The position numbers and the translations under genes are program-made. This document shows positions 37,720 through 48,520 of a stretch of DNA of 64,000 nucleotides, piece by piece. The stretch comes from a virus: positions 22,259-86,258 of the IMG/VR virus record IMGVR_UViG_3300034101_005931. One strand, 5' to 3'. Positions within the stretch are counted from its first letter, which is position 1, and every line of letters begins with the position of its first letter. The notes below the pieces were generated by a model. The model ran no database searches and was not told where the DNA came from. It saw only the letters and a list, made by a program, of their open reading frames with translations.

Positions 37720-38307
37720 ATGCCCAATCCATCTTTCTGTTCGTATGAGTCAATTGTAGTAACTGGAGCTGCTGTAGTATCTTTATCGAGTCTTGACCCT
37801 GGACTTAATTTGTCAAATGTAACAACTCCTTATAATACTGTAAATGGAACCTATGTTGCCTTTGCAACTGCAGCTCCTGGTGGTGATATGTCTAAAAGAT
37901 ACACTCTTTTTACAAGAGATGGTCTAAATTCGTATCCAAGAATTGTAGCAGGTAGTGCATATAGTATATGGAATTTAAGTGTTAAAACTGAAAGTGTTCC
38001 AAGTGGCTTGGCATGTTATCAAACAACTCAAACATTACCAGTTTCTAGTAATCCGTGTCCTGTAGGTTTATGGAGTCCAATTCCAGCTAGTTTAGCTACT
38101 TGGTCGACAGATTTTGACACCGCTGTTGGTTCAGTAATTAACGGTTGCATTAGTTATGGAAGTCCAGAGCCAAATCAAGCAAATTCTAGAGATAACAAAT
38201 ACACTATAGCTCCGAAATTAATAATTACCGAAACAGACGTCGTAATAAGTCCTGGAGAGTTAGGTGAAGATAGGTTCAAGAGACTTTATACCCTAGGTTA
38301 TGTATAA
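37720..38307 (+). CDS. putative late/virion protein
   Basis: TAAATA upstream; Ser/Thr-rich; C-terminus RFKRLYTLGYV. Confidence 0.6.
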   Translation: MPNPSFCSYESIVVTGAAVVSLSSLDPGLNLSNVTTPYNTVNGTYVAFATAAPGGDMSKRYTLFTRDGLNSYPRIVAGSAYSIWNLSVKTESVPSGLACYQTTQTLPVSSNPCPVGLWSPIPASLATWSTDFDTAVGSVINGCISYGSPEPNQANSRDNKYTIAPKLIITETDVVISPGELGEDRFKRLYTLGYV

Positions 38308-38369
38308 AAACATTCGAATGTTTTGAATAATACTTGACATGTCCATAAAGTTCCTATATACTAGGAACA

Positions 38370-38780
38370 ATGAGCAGAGTACTAAAATTTAGAGCTTGGG
38401 ATAAACTTAACAAAACCTTTATCTATTCTGACAAAGGCTATCAGGGTCATTATGTTTTGACTCTTGATGGTAGGTTCCAGAATCTTCAGAATGGTTCTGG
38501 AGGAGATGAGTATATTGTCCAAGAGTACATTGGCCTAAAAGACAAGAATGGCAAAGACATCTACGAAGGTGACATTATTAGCTTCTCTGTTAACTATACA
38601 GTAGAGCTAGGTGATCCTGATGTCATTGTGTATAAAGATTGTGAGGTCTATTATGATAAAGAGCTCGCTGGATTCTATTTTGGTAAAGATGGACACCAGA
38701 TCTTAGATAAAGTTGAAGTAGACTCTATTGAGGTCACAGGGAACATATTCGAGAACAAATCAAATGGAAGACCAAACTAA
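38370..38780 (+). CDS. YopX family protein
   Basis: KFRAWDK, GLKDKNGKDIYEGDI, EVTGNIFEN. Confidence 0.9.
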   Translation: MSRVLKFRAWDKLNKTFIYSDKGYQGHYVLTLDGRFQNLQNGSGGDEYIVQEYIGLKDKNGKDIYEGDIISFSVNYTVELGDPDVIVYKDCEVYYDKELAGFYFGKDGHQILDKVEVDSIEVTGNIFENKSNGRPN

Positions 38781-38884
38781 ACCCCCTTACCCTCTTGGTG
38801 ACTTAACCCCGGAAGAGATAGAACAATTAAGACAATCTAAAAAAGAAATAGCACAAAGAGTTAAAGAGCTCTGGGAGAAAGATA

Positions 38885-39283
38885 ATGAAAGTAAGAATTA
38901 ATAACATAGGAGCTGAACCTATAGCATATATTGGCAAAAGGTTTGAAGAGCCGAGATATGAATTGTCTATTGTAAAGTATCATCCTAACAAGTATTATGG
39001 AATGCTTGAACAGTACTTGAAGGATGGCTGGAAAGATAATGGTGATTACATCTCACATAAAAATGCTAATATAGGTAAGAGCTGCTTTTTAGGTAAAGAG
39101 ACAAACTATGTCGTAGCATTCCTCAGATATGATAATCATGATTGCACAACAAAGCTTGAATCAGTCTGCGATAGATTGCTTTACATAGAAGAGGATGAGA
39201 AAAAAGACTTCTTTGAAGTTTACAAAATAGCAGATAGAATGATATTAGAGAAAGTAGAAAAAGATGAAAAGCAAAATACCTGA
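38885..39283 (+). CDS. hypothetical protein
   Basis: Packed ORF. Confidence 0.65.
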   Translation: MKVRINNIGAEPIAYIGKRFEEPRYELSIVKYHPNKYYGMLEQYLKDGWKDNGDYISHKNANIGKSCFLGKETNYVVAFLRYDNHDCTTKLESVCDRLLYIEEDEKKDFFEVYKIADRMILEKVEKDEKQNT

Positions 39284-39749
39284 CTCCTTTGTAGAAGCTA
39301 TGAAGGATATTGCAAAGGGTAAAACAGTTCCCTTGGATAAAGCTCTCAATGAAAAGCCTTCTATCGATTGGAAAGAAGCGCATGATATGCAGCAAAAGCT
39401 TGTTATTCATTATGTCTTAGAAAACGAAAAGCTTAAAGATAAAATTAAAGAGCTGGAAGCTCCTTCTGAGAAAGTTGATAATATCTGTAATCAGATTGAA
39501 GAGATATATAAAGAGAGAGACTATTATAAGATGCATAGTCATATCTTAGAAACAGCTAATGATGAGTTAGATCGGGCTAACAAACTAATGAAGGACACAC
39601 TTATTAACATCTGGGAATGTTTCGAGATTAGATCTGAAATATACCATAATGATTGGGTAGGCCTACAAGCTCTTGCTAACAAAGCTCGGATCTGTTTAGA
39701 AGATATTGGTTACGAATGGCGAAATGATAAAAAAGATAATAAATCCTGA
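39264..39749 (+). CDS. hypothetical coiled-coil protein
   Basis: Packed ORF. Confidence 0.65.
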   Translation: MKSKIPDSFVEAMKDIAKGKTVPLDKALNEKPSIDWKEAHDMQQKLVIHYVLENEKLKDKIKELEAPSEKVDNICNQIEEIYKERDYYKMHSHILETANDELDRANKLMKDTLINIWECFEIRSEIYHNDWVGLQALANKARICLEDIGYEWRNDKKDNKS

Positions 39750-39920
39750 GTTAAGCAATGAAAAAGGTAATTATTTCTGCGTTAACAATTCTAGTAACTG
39801 GGTGCACAACCTTAACCGATAAGATAGTTAAACCCCCTATCAACGATGACAATTACTGGAACATTCCCTGCTTTGTGGATGGTATTAAATTAAAGAAGCC
39901 TTGGTTAAAAAAGAAAAATT

Positions 39921-40187
39921 ATGAATAGTAGAATGATAGGCTTAGGTATGATCGATGAACAATATAAGAGTTCATTTGTAAAGCAAATGGAAGAAGAGAT
40001 TAAAAGATTACAAGAAGACCTTTCTTTGTACAAAAAGGTTAACCTCGATTTGAGAAAAGAGATTACAATGCTGGAAAAGCTTATAGAACTCAACATGAAA
40101 GACCTCCATGATATAGCCGATCAAAGGGATTGGTACTATGAAGAGTATCAGAAGCTAAAAGTAAATACTTCATATGACGCTCACTGA
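39921..40187 (+). CDS. hypothetical coiled-coil protein
   Basis: Packed ORF. Confidence 0.6.
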   Translation: MNSRMIGLGMIDEQYKSSFVKQMEEEIKRLQEDLSLYKKVNLDLRKEITMLEKLIELNMKDLHDIADQRDWYYEEYQKLKVNTSYDAH

Positions 40188-41226
40188 AAACGACGCCTAC
40201 AAGCATCCATTTTTTGCTGAAAATAGTGAGATGAAATCCTCTGTATTTAAAGCGAAGGTAAGAGAATTAAGTAAGTCGAATATATATGCGAGTTTAGGTC
40301 AAATTTTAATAGAATATGTTTCTATAGCTATTATCATAGGTTTGAACATAATGTTTCCAAACCCATGGTTTTATATACCATCAATAATGATTATAGGAAG
40401 CAGAATGCATGGTCTATTAATTTTAATGCATGATGCTGCACACTACAAGTTTTGTAATAATAAAAAACTTAATGATCTTATTTGCAATATAGCCATTACA
40501 TTTCCTTTATTTGTTAATCTGTATCACTGGAGGTCCGTGCATTTCGCTCATCATAGAGACACAGGAGGTGAAGAGGACCCCGATTGGATGGGCTATGTAA
40601 ATCACCCGGACTATAACTTACCAATGAAGACGAGAAAACTTTTATTAATTCTCGGACAACATATGTTCGGTATCAAATATCTAGTAGTATTCTTATCTAC
40701 AAGACATTCTTTGACATATAAAATAAAATATATGATTTCGTCATTTTTTGATCCAGGTAGGGTGGGTTCAGCTCGTATCGATGGTCAAAACCCGTCTTAT
40801 TTTTCTTTAACTCAAAAAATATTTTTAGCTTGTAGCTATATTGTATGTATCTCTCTTATAATTTATTTCGGTTTATTAAAGGTGTTTTTATTATTCTGGA
40901 TTGCTCCTCTCTTTTTATGGACACATTTTATAACAAAATTAAGATCATACACCGAACATTGCGGGTTAGAGCACACCGGGTGTTATGAAAATACTAGGAC
41001 GATGTACGTAAATTGGTTCGATATAATATTTTTAGGTTATTCCTGGAATGTCGGTCTTCACATAGATCATCACTTGTTTCCGAGTATACCTTCATATAGA
41101 TTGCATAAATTTCACAAAATAATTAAGAATATGTATCCCTATAACAAATATGCACATATAACCTATAATGGTATTATGGGTGTGATACAGGAATGTACCA
41201 AAGAAAAATTCGTTTATCGAAGTTAA
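40174..41226 (+). CDS. membrane fatty acid desaturase
   Basis: Three His boxes HDAAH, HFAHH, HIDHHLFP; TM helices. Confidence 0.9.
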   Translation: MTLTENDAYKHPFFAENSEMKSSVFKAKVRELSKSNIYASLGQILIEYVSIAIIIGLNIMFPNPWFYIPSIMIIGSRMHGLLILMHDAAHYKFCNNKKLNDLICNIAITFPLFVNLYHWRSVHFAHHRDTGGEEDPDWMGYVNHPDYNLPMKTRKLLLILGQHMFGIKYLVVFLSTRHSLTYKIKYMISSFFDPGRVGSARIDGQNPSYFSLTQKIFLACSYIVCISLIIYFGLLKVFLLFWIAPLFLWTHFITKLRSYTEHCGLEHTGCYENTRTMYVNWFDIIFLGYSWNVGLHIDHHLFPSIPSYRLHKFHKIIKNMYPYNKYAHITYNGIMGVIQECTKEKFVYRS

Positions 41227-41564
41227 AGAAAAGCTTTCCTAAAATTAAGGTTCCTCTATAATACAATAATGCACACCTTAGATAGATTTGCACGTAGCGT
41301 TTGTCGTCCTCAAAAAATCAAAAAGCCTAATATAAGGCGAATTTATGGAGCCGTTACTGGGGCTCATATCTTTATTGTTCTCATATTCTTCCTTACCGGA
41401 TGTCAGACCGTTTGGGCTCCTTTGTCCTTTCTTGAGCCGGAAAAAACTATTCTCACAAAGATGGACGCTAATACTATTGCCCTACACAATTCAGCTCCGG
41501 AATTGTTTGAGTTTAGAACAAAGAAATCAAACATCGATCTAACGCTTAAACCTGATATCATTCC

Positions 41565-41783
41565 GTGAACATTATCTATCAGATAGAGTATTACAACGAG
41601 GTGTGGAAGGATTGGTTGAGGTTTAGTCCCTGGGCCTTCTCTAATAAAGAAGAAGCTGAAAAAGCTCTCGAACAATATAAAACTTCTTACCCTGATAATG
41701 AATACAAAATAGCTAAGTATGAAGAGCCAAAACAAGCTCGTGTAAAAAATCTAGGACGAAAAATTACCACAGAAAAAACGTAA
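41565..41783 (+). CDS. hypothetical protein
   Basis: 3' half duplicated at about 43351-43478. Confidence 0.6.
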   Translation: MNIIYQIEYYNEVWKDWLRFSPWAFSNKEEAEKALEQYKTSYPDNEYKIAKYEEPKQARVKNLGRKITTEKT

Positions 41784-41837
41784 ACCGATTAAAGAGCTCT
41801 TTTAATTAAAGTAATCTGCAATATAACTATCTTGGCT

Positions 41838-42383
41838 CTATTCCAGGAATAGGACCGGGGTCTGGGGGGGTGTTACTGTCCCTCCCGGCCGCTCAGGGCG
41901 AGGAGGGTCGATGAACTGTTTCCATTCGTTATTATAAAATCTTTCATTAAATCTATCATATGTTGCTATTGGAAAATTATAGACAGGTATTCTGACATAA
42001 ATGTATTGTGATGTTGTTGCAAATTGTAAAGTTAAAAGTTCTGTATATGTAGGTGATTCAGCGGTTGGACTAAACGTGAATGTAACCAAATTACCCGATG
42101 GGGGATATATACCAGTTATTTCTGCAGATATTAAAGGGGAGGAACTTGCAAAAAGGTCAGGGTTTGAAGAACTAAGAGAAATTAAAAATCTTTCTTCTGT
42201 AGGTTCTGTGATATTAAGTATTCTTAATGGGGGTGGTGTAGGTTCTTGTATCGTGATAGCTGTAGAACTGTTAATTGATAATGTTCTCCAGGCAAATGTA
42301 CCGAACCTGGGTCCATGTTGTTCCGATATCGGTTGATTGCGGAGAGCTCTTTCTAATACTTCTCTGGGAACGGATTGTGCCAT
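41838..42383 (-). CDS. putative virion protein, A-family (MAQSVPREVL...FGTFAW N-terminus)
   Basis: N-terminal ~45 aa shared with 43089 and 47694. Confidence 0.7.
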   Translation of the reverse strand: MAQSVPREVLERALRNQPISEQHGPRFGTFAWRTLSINSSTAITIQEPTPPPLRILNITEPTEERFLISLSSSNPDLFASSSPLISAEITGIYPPSGNLVTFTFSPTAESPTYTELLTLQFATTSQYIYVRIPVYNFPIATYDRFNERFYNNEWKQFIDPPRPERPGGTVTPPQTPVLFLE

Positions 42384-42403
42384 AGGCTATTAAAGACAGG
42401 TAC

Positions 42404-43087
42404 CTAGGTTCTTGATATATTGATGGAAGCAGATTTAGATCTGAAAGAATCGAAAATACTTTGAGCAATCGCAGTACCGGTCACCGGATTACTTAAACCT
42501 ACATACAACCCACCAAGGGAGTTATGGTTTCTATAATTACCGGAAAGTACCGTGAAAAAGGTATCAATGGTTGAATTAGTAAGGTTGTTATTAAAGAGGT
42601 AACATGCACTTAGTCCCTGTAATGATGTAGAGTTTACAGAAATAGAAGATAGGTTAGAATTGGAATGGCAGGTAAATATAGCCCCTACACCAGCGGTGAG
42701 TGACAGGAGACTAACAGATCTAAGAGTAGGGGAGACAAATATACCAAAAAATTCATAATTACCCCCGCTTAATGTCAGGGCGGAGAGACCGATGTTGCTT
42801 GCGCTTATAAATCTGAGATTAGTACTAGAACTAAAATTCGTAATATTAGGTGCCCCAATTTCAATAGCAGTTAAGGCGCCAAATTTATTACCATAGAAAG
42901 AAGAAATATTAGGGCTAAAAGATTGTACCTTTGTGGTATTAGTAAGAAGGGAAGAGGATAGAGGAAAAAAGAGATTCTTACCATCAATTACATAATCTAT
43001 ACCCTCTCTCCCGGTAAGGGGAGTAGAGCCGGTGCTAGAAAGGGGACTAAAAAAGCTAGAAAGTAAAAGGTTAAGGTTGTTAGGCAT
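42404..43087 (-). CDS. LRR-like Ser/Asn-rich protein
   Basis: LxxLxx repeats ending NNNLTNSTIDTFF. Confidence 0.6.
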   Translation of the reverse strand: MPNNLNLLLSSFFSPLSSTGSTPLTGREGIDYVIDGKNLFFPLSSSLLTNTTKVQSFSPNISSFYGNKFGALTAIEIGAPNITNFSSSTNLRFISASNIGLSALTLSGGNYEFFGIFVSPTLRSVSLLSLTAGVGAIFTCHSNSNLSSISVNSTSLQGLSACYLFNNNLTNSTIDTFFTVLSGNYRNHNSLGGLYVGLSNPVTGTAIAQSIFDSFRSKSASINISRT

Positions 43088-43088
43088 A

Positions 43089-43271
43089 TTATTGTAATTG
43101 TGCTATTAGAGCAAGATTGAGTGGGGGTTCTTCAATTGTTGTAATATTACTGGAAGTGTTAATGGATTGTGCTTTCCAGGCAAAAGTACCAAACTTAGGT
43201 CCTTTTTGATCGGGTTGAGGTAGATTGCGAAGTGCTCTTTCTAACACTTCTCTTGGTACTGATGAGGCCAT
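43089..43271 (-). CDS. A-family domain-only protein
   Basis: MASSVPREVLERALRN...PKFGTFAWK. Confidence 0.7.
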   Translation of the reverse strand: MASSVPREVLERALRNLPQPDQKGPKFGTFAWKAQSINTSSNITTIEEPPLNLALIAQLQ

Positions 43272-43413
43272 ATAAAATATATTTATATTATTCTAGCCCT
43301 ATTCCCCAGGTTCCCCTATTATTCTATTATGGATAATGTGATAGAGATGGAGGAAAAGGCTCTCGAACAATATAAAGCCTCTTACCCTGATAATGAATAC
43401 AAAATAGCTGAAT

Positions 43414-43629
43414 ATGAAAAACCTAAACGAGTACGTGCAAAAAATCTGGGACGAAAAATCTCTACAGAAAAAGCGTGAACTGATAAAGGAGATGATTAAT
43501 TTCTCATCCGCCAAGGATATGACTAAGAGGAAGTATCTCATGGAAGTAGAAAAAATGCCGGACTGGAAGCTAGACTTTTTCTGTTCTGATTATTCAATGT
43601 CAGGGAGTGGACTAAAGGTTATCAAATGA
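43414..43629 (+). CDS. hypothetical protein
   Basis: Overlaps the start of the next gene. Confidence 0.6.
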   Translation: MKNLNEYVQKIWDEKSLQKKRELIKEMINFSSAKDMTKRKYLMEVEKMPDWKLDFFCSDYSMSGSGLKVIK

Positions 43630-44012
43630 GTAAAGAATACTACGGTTATTACGGAGATGTCTGGTATCTCTATTTTGCTCTTCTTTTTCGAACTGATATA
43701 GATCCGAAGAAGGTAATGAAGATCGGAACCACCAATGCAAGAGATCCCATGCTGAGGCTGACGTATCAAAAGAGTGATGAACCCTGGCCTATTATCAAAT
43801 ACTTCCCGGATATTCAGCTTCAAAAGTATAAAACGTTTGATACAAAAGTAGAGGCTGAAAGAGCAGAGAGAAGAATAATGGGTATGGTGAAACGGCAATT
43901 TAATTCACCAAGATTTCATAACTGGAGGGAACCCGATCATATTTCCGGTATTACAGAGATGCGGATTTATAATAGAGAAGAGTTTCTCTTTATTGAGAAG
44001 AACATGTTTTAA
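43626..44012 (+). CDS. GIY-YIG/T5orf172-like nuclease-domain protein
   Basis: YLY...KIGTT...RL...E...GITE pattern. Confidence 0.6.
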   Translation: MSKEYYGYYGDVWYLYFALLFRTDIDPKKVMKIGTTNARDPMLRLTYQKSDEPWPIIKYFPDIQLQKYKTFDTKVEAERAERRIMGMVKRQFNSPRFHNWREPDHISGITEMRIYNREEFLFIEKNMF

Positions 44013-44065
44013 TGCTATGGTGCTAGCTGACCAACTAATACAAGAGGTGAGGAGGTAGGTGTTGG

Positions 44066-45274
44066 TTATGGCTCGAGGCCTCCATCTGTAAATGTCCATC
44101 CTTTAGCGGTTAATGTATCTCGAGCTGTTTGACCGGCTGTATTATATTTTGAATTACCTCCGCCAAAAGGCACGTTGTTAGGTCTTAAATTAGCATTTGA
44201 TGCTAAATCAACAAGAAGATTTGAATATGATTCAGTAGGAAGAGTTACACCACCAAAACAATTTACAAAAGATGAAACAAGTAAATTGGTTGTAAAGAGA
44301 TTACTTGGTACAGAAGTTAAAGCTGTACAGTTTAAAAATGTATTACCAAAAGCGGTAACAGCCGTTGTGTAAGTAAAGAGTGTAGAAGGAATAGATTTAA
44401 TAGGAACGGCTTGAAAGACATTTCTAGCAATTCGCAATTCGGTATTATTTTTAAAAAGATTATCGGGTATTAACTGTAAATTAAAACATTGTTCAAAACA
44501 AGATGTAATATCATGAAGTCTACGATTATTATCAAACAAACCCGCAGGTATAGCAGAAACAGGATTTAATTTAAAGCATTCTCTTGCAATGGTAAGATTA
44601 AACAGATTATCAAATGATCCTAAAGGAAGAGTTGATTGTACCTCACAAAAATCAAAACAGCTGTTTAAATTTGTTATATTTAAATTGTAATTGAAAAGAT
44701 TACTAGGTATAGAGGATAAAAATGAATGGGTCGAAAAGCAATTAGCTAAACTCACTAAACCAGGTATGGGAGGAATGGTAGAAACAGAAACTACATAACT
44801 GTTATCTAAACCATTAAAAGGTAAACTAATAGAGCCATCACTACCAAAGCTACCAGATAATTTTATAGTATAATTGCCTGCTATTGCATAGGATCTTGTT
44901 TTTTTTCCTATAGTTGTATATGTCTGACTAGTACCATTACCCCAATTAACCCATATATTAGGATTACTACCACCTATATTAATACTAAGGCTATCGCCTG
45001 GAGTTGGTATTATTATTTCTATGTCCCAAGATAAAGGTGGAGGGGTCAATACAGTAAAATTGTTTTTAGCTAAAACTATATAACCAGAGTTAGGAGAGAA
45101 TTGAGTAAACTGTGGAATAATATCTGAGGGTCTATATGTAAGAAGACTTGAACCAGAATTAGAAGCTCTTTGCACCGCACATAAACCAGAATTATAGGTA
45201 CTGATAGCTGTTGGTGCATTATGGGTATATTCATCAATGTTGAATAATCCGTTATCGTTTCCAAAAATTTTCAT
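44066..45274 (-). CDS. B-family protein with BspA-like leucine-rich repeats
   Basis: N-terminal CAVQR..LLTYRP..PQFTQF..NSGY domain; WGNG PKD-like module; IPxxLF repeats. Confidence 0.75.
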   Translation of the reverse strand: MKIFGNDNGLFNIDEYTHNAPTAISTYNSGLCAVQRASNSGSSLLTYRPSDIIPQFTQFSPNSGYIVLAKNNFTVLTPPPLSWDIEIIIPTPGDSLSINIGGSNPNIWVNWGNGTSQTYTTIGKKTRSYAIAGNYTIKLSGSFGSDGSISLPFNGLDNSYVVSVSTIPPIPGLVSLANCFSTHSFLSSIPSNLFNYNLNITNLNSCFDFCEVQSTLPLGSFDNLFNLTIARECFKLNPVSAIPAGLFDNNRRLHDITSCFEQCFNLQLIPDNLFKNNTELRIARNVFQAVPIKSIPSTLFTYTTAVTAFGNTFLNCTALTSVPSNLFTTNLLVSSFVNCFGGVTLPTESYSNLLVDLASNANLRPNNVPFGGGNSKYNTAGQTARDTLTAKGWTFTDGGLEP

Positions 45275-45289
45275 ATTGTATGTATATAT

Positions 45290-47686
45290 TTATTCTGTAA
45301 AATTTGTGGCAGTTAAAGTATAGGTAAGCGGGTTACCGTAAAATGTATTGCATAATGATGTTGCAGCATTAAAGAGAGAATTATATACTGATGACATTTC
45401 TACTTCTGAAGCAAAATTACTATATTTAATTAACCCGAAAAGAGATAACTGATTGTTTCTTTGTCTCATCCACATGCCTGATGAACTCTCACCTATAACT
45501 AAACTAGAGCTACTATACCATCTTGACTTTGGTAGAGATGAAAATTTAAAATAAGTTGAGGGTGCTGAATTTATTGCTGGGAGGCCGGAGGCGTTTAAAC
45601 GTATCCCTTGTGACACCTCACCGGTAGCAGTGGGTCCGAGTAACACCCTCGCATAATCTGATTTTGCACTTATTGATTTGTTAAAATTTGTAAAATTTCC
45701 TATTGAATAGCATGCAGCAGAGACTGGGTTATTCAAAATACCAATACGTACATCTGTCAGACCAATATCTATAGAGCTTAAAACTGATCTTGTTGATACA
45801 CTACCATCCTTGTGCACAAATTTCCATAGAGAGCCTTCACTCATTACACCAGGAAAATGTGCAGTGTTAACAAAGTGAACAGGGCTAACTAGTATCATTT
45901 TCCCATTCCACTCAGGATCTGATGCAGCGGCATTGTAACCTATGCCCGAAAAGTCTAAATCTTTCCAAAATGAATCATTATTAAATCCCTGATAAGGATC
46001 GTATCCATATCTTCCGTTTATTACTCTAGTAGCTGAATAAACTAATGTTTGAGTTGAATACACACAGGTGTCTACTGACCAAGGTTGACTCGTTAATCTT
46101 CTATATGCAGGTCCACCCCACCCTCGTTTAGGTATATTGCCATAATCACCTATAGTTTCCTGAGTACTGAGCCACACGGTTGAGCTAGTGGAGAGGGGAC
46201 CAACAACTGTCCAGCGCTGTTGTGGTTCATCAAACAATACAAAGTAATTATCATTGTTTCGAAATACATCGCGGTTGTCCTTTATGTCACCTGTCTTAGT
46301 ATAGATTCCTGATAGTGCATTAAAACGTACAAGTGTGCCTCCTTGAGCGCTGACCGGGGCTTGTAACACAAGAGTATTACCTAAAGTGTGGGGGTAGTAA
46401 GTGCCTGTAGGAAGATATTGAATAGGAAAATAACTATCAAGCTCAAAAGGTATACCGAAGTAATTGGTGGCAATTAACTTTAAAAATGTATCATCAGATG
46501 ATGAAGAACGACCCATAGCAGCCCCGCTATTAGTATTGGAATAAGAAGGCAGGTTAGCAAGCGGGTATCCAAGAGTCCAGGCCGATAGTTGTTCGGAGGA
46601 TATAGCCGAATAGACACTAGTAATTAGATTGTCATAAAAGTTTGAAGATTCAGATAGAGGCGGATTGAGTTGACTAACGTTTACATTGGAAACCCAAGCT
46701 TGTTGCAATCTAGGGTATATGTGATTGGGTTTATATCTAAAGGATGTAAGCTTAGGAAATGTAGCTGAACTAAAAAATTCTAATTTATCATTAATGGGTA
46801 ATGAGAAATCAGTAAGATTGGTCATAGATATAAAATTGTTAATGTATGCAAGATTAGAAAAATTTGTTAAATCCATCTTCACCTTAGTCTCCCTAGTACC
46901 ATCAAACTGTATAAGGTCAAGAGCTGTTATGGCATTAAAGCTTGAATTGTTATTTTTATAAAGTTCAAGTATGTTACCATCAAAAGTATAATCACTCGAT
47001 GTTAAACTAAGATAGGCATTCGGGTTAATTCTATTAAACAAGTAAGGAACTATAGATAATTTAAAACATGATATATTATTAACAATAGTATCAGTGGGAG
47101 GACACTCTACGGCCTTAAACCACCCGGAGCTAGGAATATTGGTAGGAGAGGCGTTTGCTGCAGAGTTATATAACAGGGGTGTTGTTAGGTCATAATTTAC
47201 AAACCATCCCGACAAAGGACATTCCGGTCTATTAATATAGCCTACATACAACCCATTACTATAATCAGGGTACAGGTAATCGGGTACATATGAACCACCA
47301 GCTATAGGAAAAGGTCCGTATATGCTTGAATTTATTGTGGGGTAGAAGTACTTTGAACCGGTGCCTGCAAGGTTAAAACTATTGCTCCAATTGTTAAAGG
47401 ATATAAGGCTTAAAATATTAGGATCAGGAGTAACGTTTATAGCGCCAAAAATATCTCGTGGTAGGGTAAAGTCGTTTTTGGCTAGAATGACATAACCTGA
47501 ATTAGGAGTGAATTGAGTAAATTGTGGTATGACATCACTGGGTCTATAAGTTAATAGGCTTCCTCTAGAGTTAGAAGTTCTTCTTACAGCACAAAGACTA
47601 TCATTGTATGTGCTAATAGGTGAAGAGAGACCATCAACATACTTAACTATGTTAAATAAACCGTTAACACTTCCTGTAATATCCAT
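45290..47686 (-). CDS. B-family multidomain protein with C-terminal trypsin-like protease domain
   Basis: B domain; short LRR; LVSPVHFVNTAH / DVRIGIL / GESSS triad-like motifs. Confidence 0.7.
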   Translation of the reverse strand: MDITGSVNGLFNIVKYVDGLSSPISTYNDSLCAVRRTSNSRGSLLTYRPSDVIPQFTQFTPNSGYVILAKNDFTLPRDIFGAINVTPDPNILSLISFNNWSNSFNLAGTGSKYFYPTINSSIYGPFPIAGGSYVPDYLYPDYSNGLYVGYINRPECPLSGWFVNYDLTTPLLYNSAANASPTNIPSSGWFKAVECPPTDTIVNNISCFKLSIVPYLFNRINPNAYLSLTSSDYTFDGNILELYKNNNSSFNAITALDLIQFDGTRETKVKMDLTNFSNLAYINNFISMTNLTDFSLPINDKLEFFSSATFPKLTSFRYKPNHIYPRLQQAWVSNVNVSQLNPPLSESSNFYDNLITSVYSAISSEQLSAWTLGYPLANLPSYSNTNSGAAMGRSSSSDDTFLKLIATNYFGIPFELDSYFPIQYLPTGTYYPHTLGNTLVLQAPVSAQGGTLVRFNALSGIYTKTGDIKDNRDVFRNNDNYFVLFDEPQQRWTVVGPLSTSSTVWLSTQETIGDYGNIPKRGWGGPAYRRLTSQPWSVDTCVYSTQTLVYSATRVINGRYGYDPYQGFNNDSFWKDLDFSGIGYNAAASDPEWNGKMILVSPVHFVNTAHFPGVMSEGSLWKFVHKDGSVSTRSVLSSIDIGLTDVRIGILNNPVSAACYSIGNFTNFNKSISAKSDYARVLLGPTATGEVSQGIRLNASGLPAINSAPSTYFKFSSLPKSRWYSSSSLVIGESSSGMWMRQRNNQLSLFGLIKYSNFASEVEMSSVYNSLFNAATSLCNTFYGNPLTYTLTATNFTE

Positions 47687-47693
47687 GGGTATA

Positions 47694-48470
47694 TTACGGT
47701 ATAATTAAATTGACGCTACCGCCGTTTAATGTTCCTGTTGCTTGTGGTGATATCCCTGTAATACTGTAGCCAAATTGCTGACCTAGGCGATCTTCCGTAT
47801 GACCAATAGCAGCGCGAGGTATACCGTTTACTGAAACCTGTGTATTAGTAAAGTTTAAATCTAAGCCATTCCAGTTGTTATAAAAATAACATTTATCGTT
47901 TTGATTAACGGCAGTCATGTTTACTTTTTGAACTGCATCTTCAGAGAAGAAAAATCCTGTCTCAGGATCTAAAGTTCCGGGTCCGATTGTTACAACAACA
48001 GTAGGTGTCGGTGTAGGAGTTGGAGTCGGTGTAGGAGTAGGCGTTGGGGTAGGCGTTGGCGTTGGGGTAGGAGTAGGTGTAGGCGTTGGTGTCGGTGTAG
48101 GAGTAGGCGTTGGGGTAGGCGTTGGCGTTGGAGTCGGTGTAGGCGTTGGTGTCGGTGTAGGAGTAGGCGTTGGGGTAGGCGTTGGGGTAGGCGTTGGCGT
48201 TGGAGTCGGTGTAGGCGTTGGCGTTGGGGTAGGAGTAGGTGTAGGCGTTGGAGTCGGTGTAGGCGTTGGTGTCGGTGTAGGCGTTGGTGTCGGGGTCGGA
48301 GTAGGAGTTGGTGTCGGTGTAGGCGTGGATTCGGTAACGGTTATAGAAGAGGAGCCAGCTACATTTTGTGCTCTCCAAGCCACAGTACCAAACCTGGGAG
48401 GTTGTTGTTGATCGGGGGGAGCATTACGTCTTGCTCTTACTAAGACTTCTCTAGGTACCAATTGTGCCAT
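47694..48470 (-). CDS. A-family protein with a long Pro-Thr stalk
   Basis: A domain, more than 50 PT dipeptides, C-terminal globular domain. Confidence 0.8.
   Translation of the reverse strand: MAQLVPREVLVRARRNAPPDQQQPPRFGTVAWRAQNVAGSSSITVTESTPTPTPTPTPTPTPTPTPTPTPTPTPTPTPTPTPTPTPTPTPTPTPTPTPTPTPTPTPTPTPTPTPTPTPTPTPTPTPTPTPTPTPTPTPTPTPTPTPTPTPTPTPTPTVVVTIGPGTLDPETGFFFSEDAVQKVNMTAVNQNDKCYFYNNWNGLDLNFTNTQVSVNGIPRAAIGHTEDRLGQQFGYSITGISPQATGTLNGGSVNLIIP
48001..48328. repeat. 6-bp degenerate tandem repeat encoding (Pro-Thr)n
   Basis: Repeated (GTNGGN) units with synonymous variation. Confidence 0.95.
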
Positions 48471-48520
48471 AATATTATTTATTGATATTTATAATTATAT
48501 GTGGTTTCTTTTTACGAAAC

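Noticed and set aside
48001-48328. Possible CRISPR array or satellite
   Set aside because: It has a 6-bp period with only synonymous variation inside an ORF, so it encodes a Pro-Thr linker. The alternative-frame ORF 47962-48378 is its shadow.
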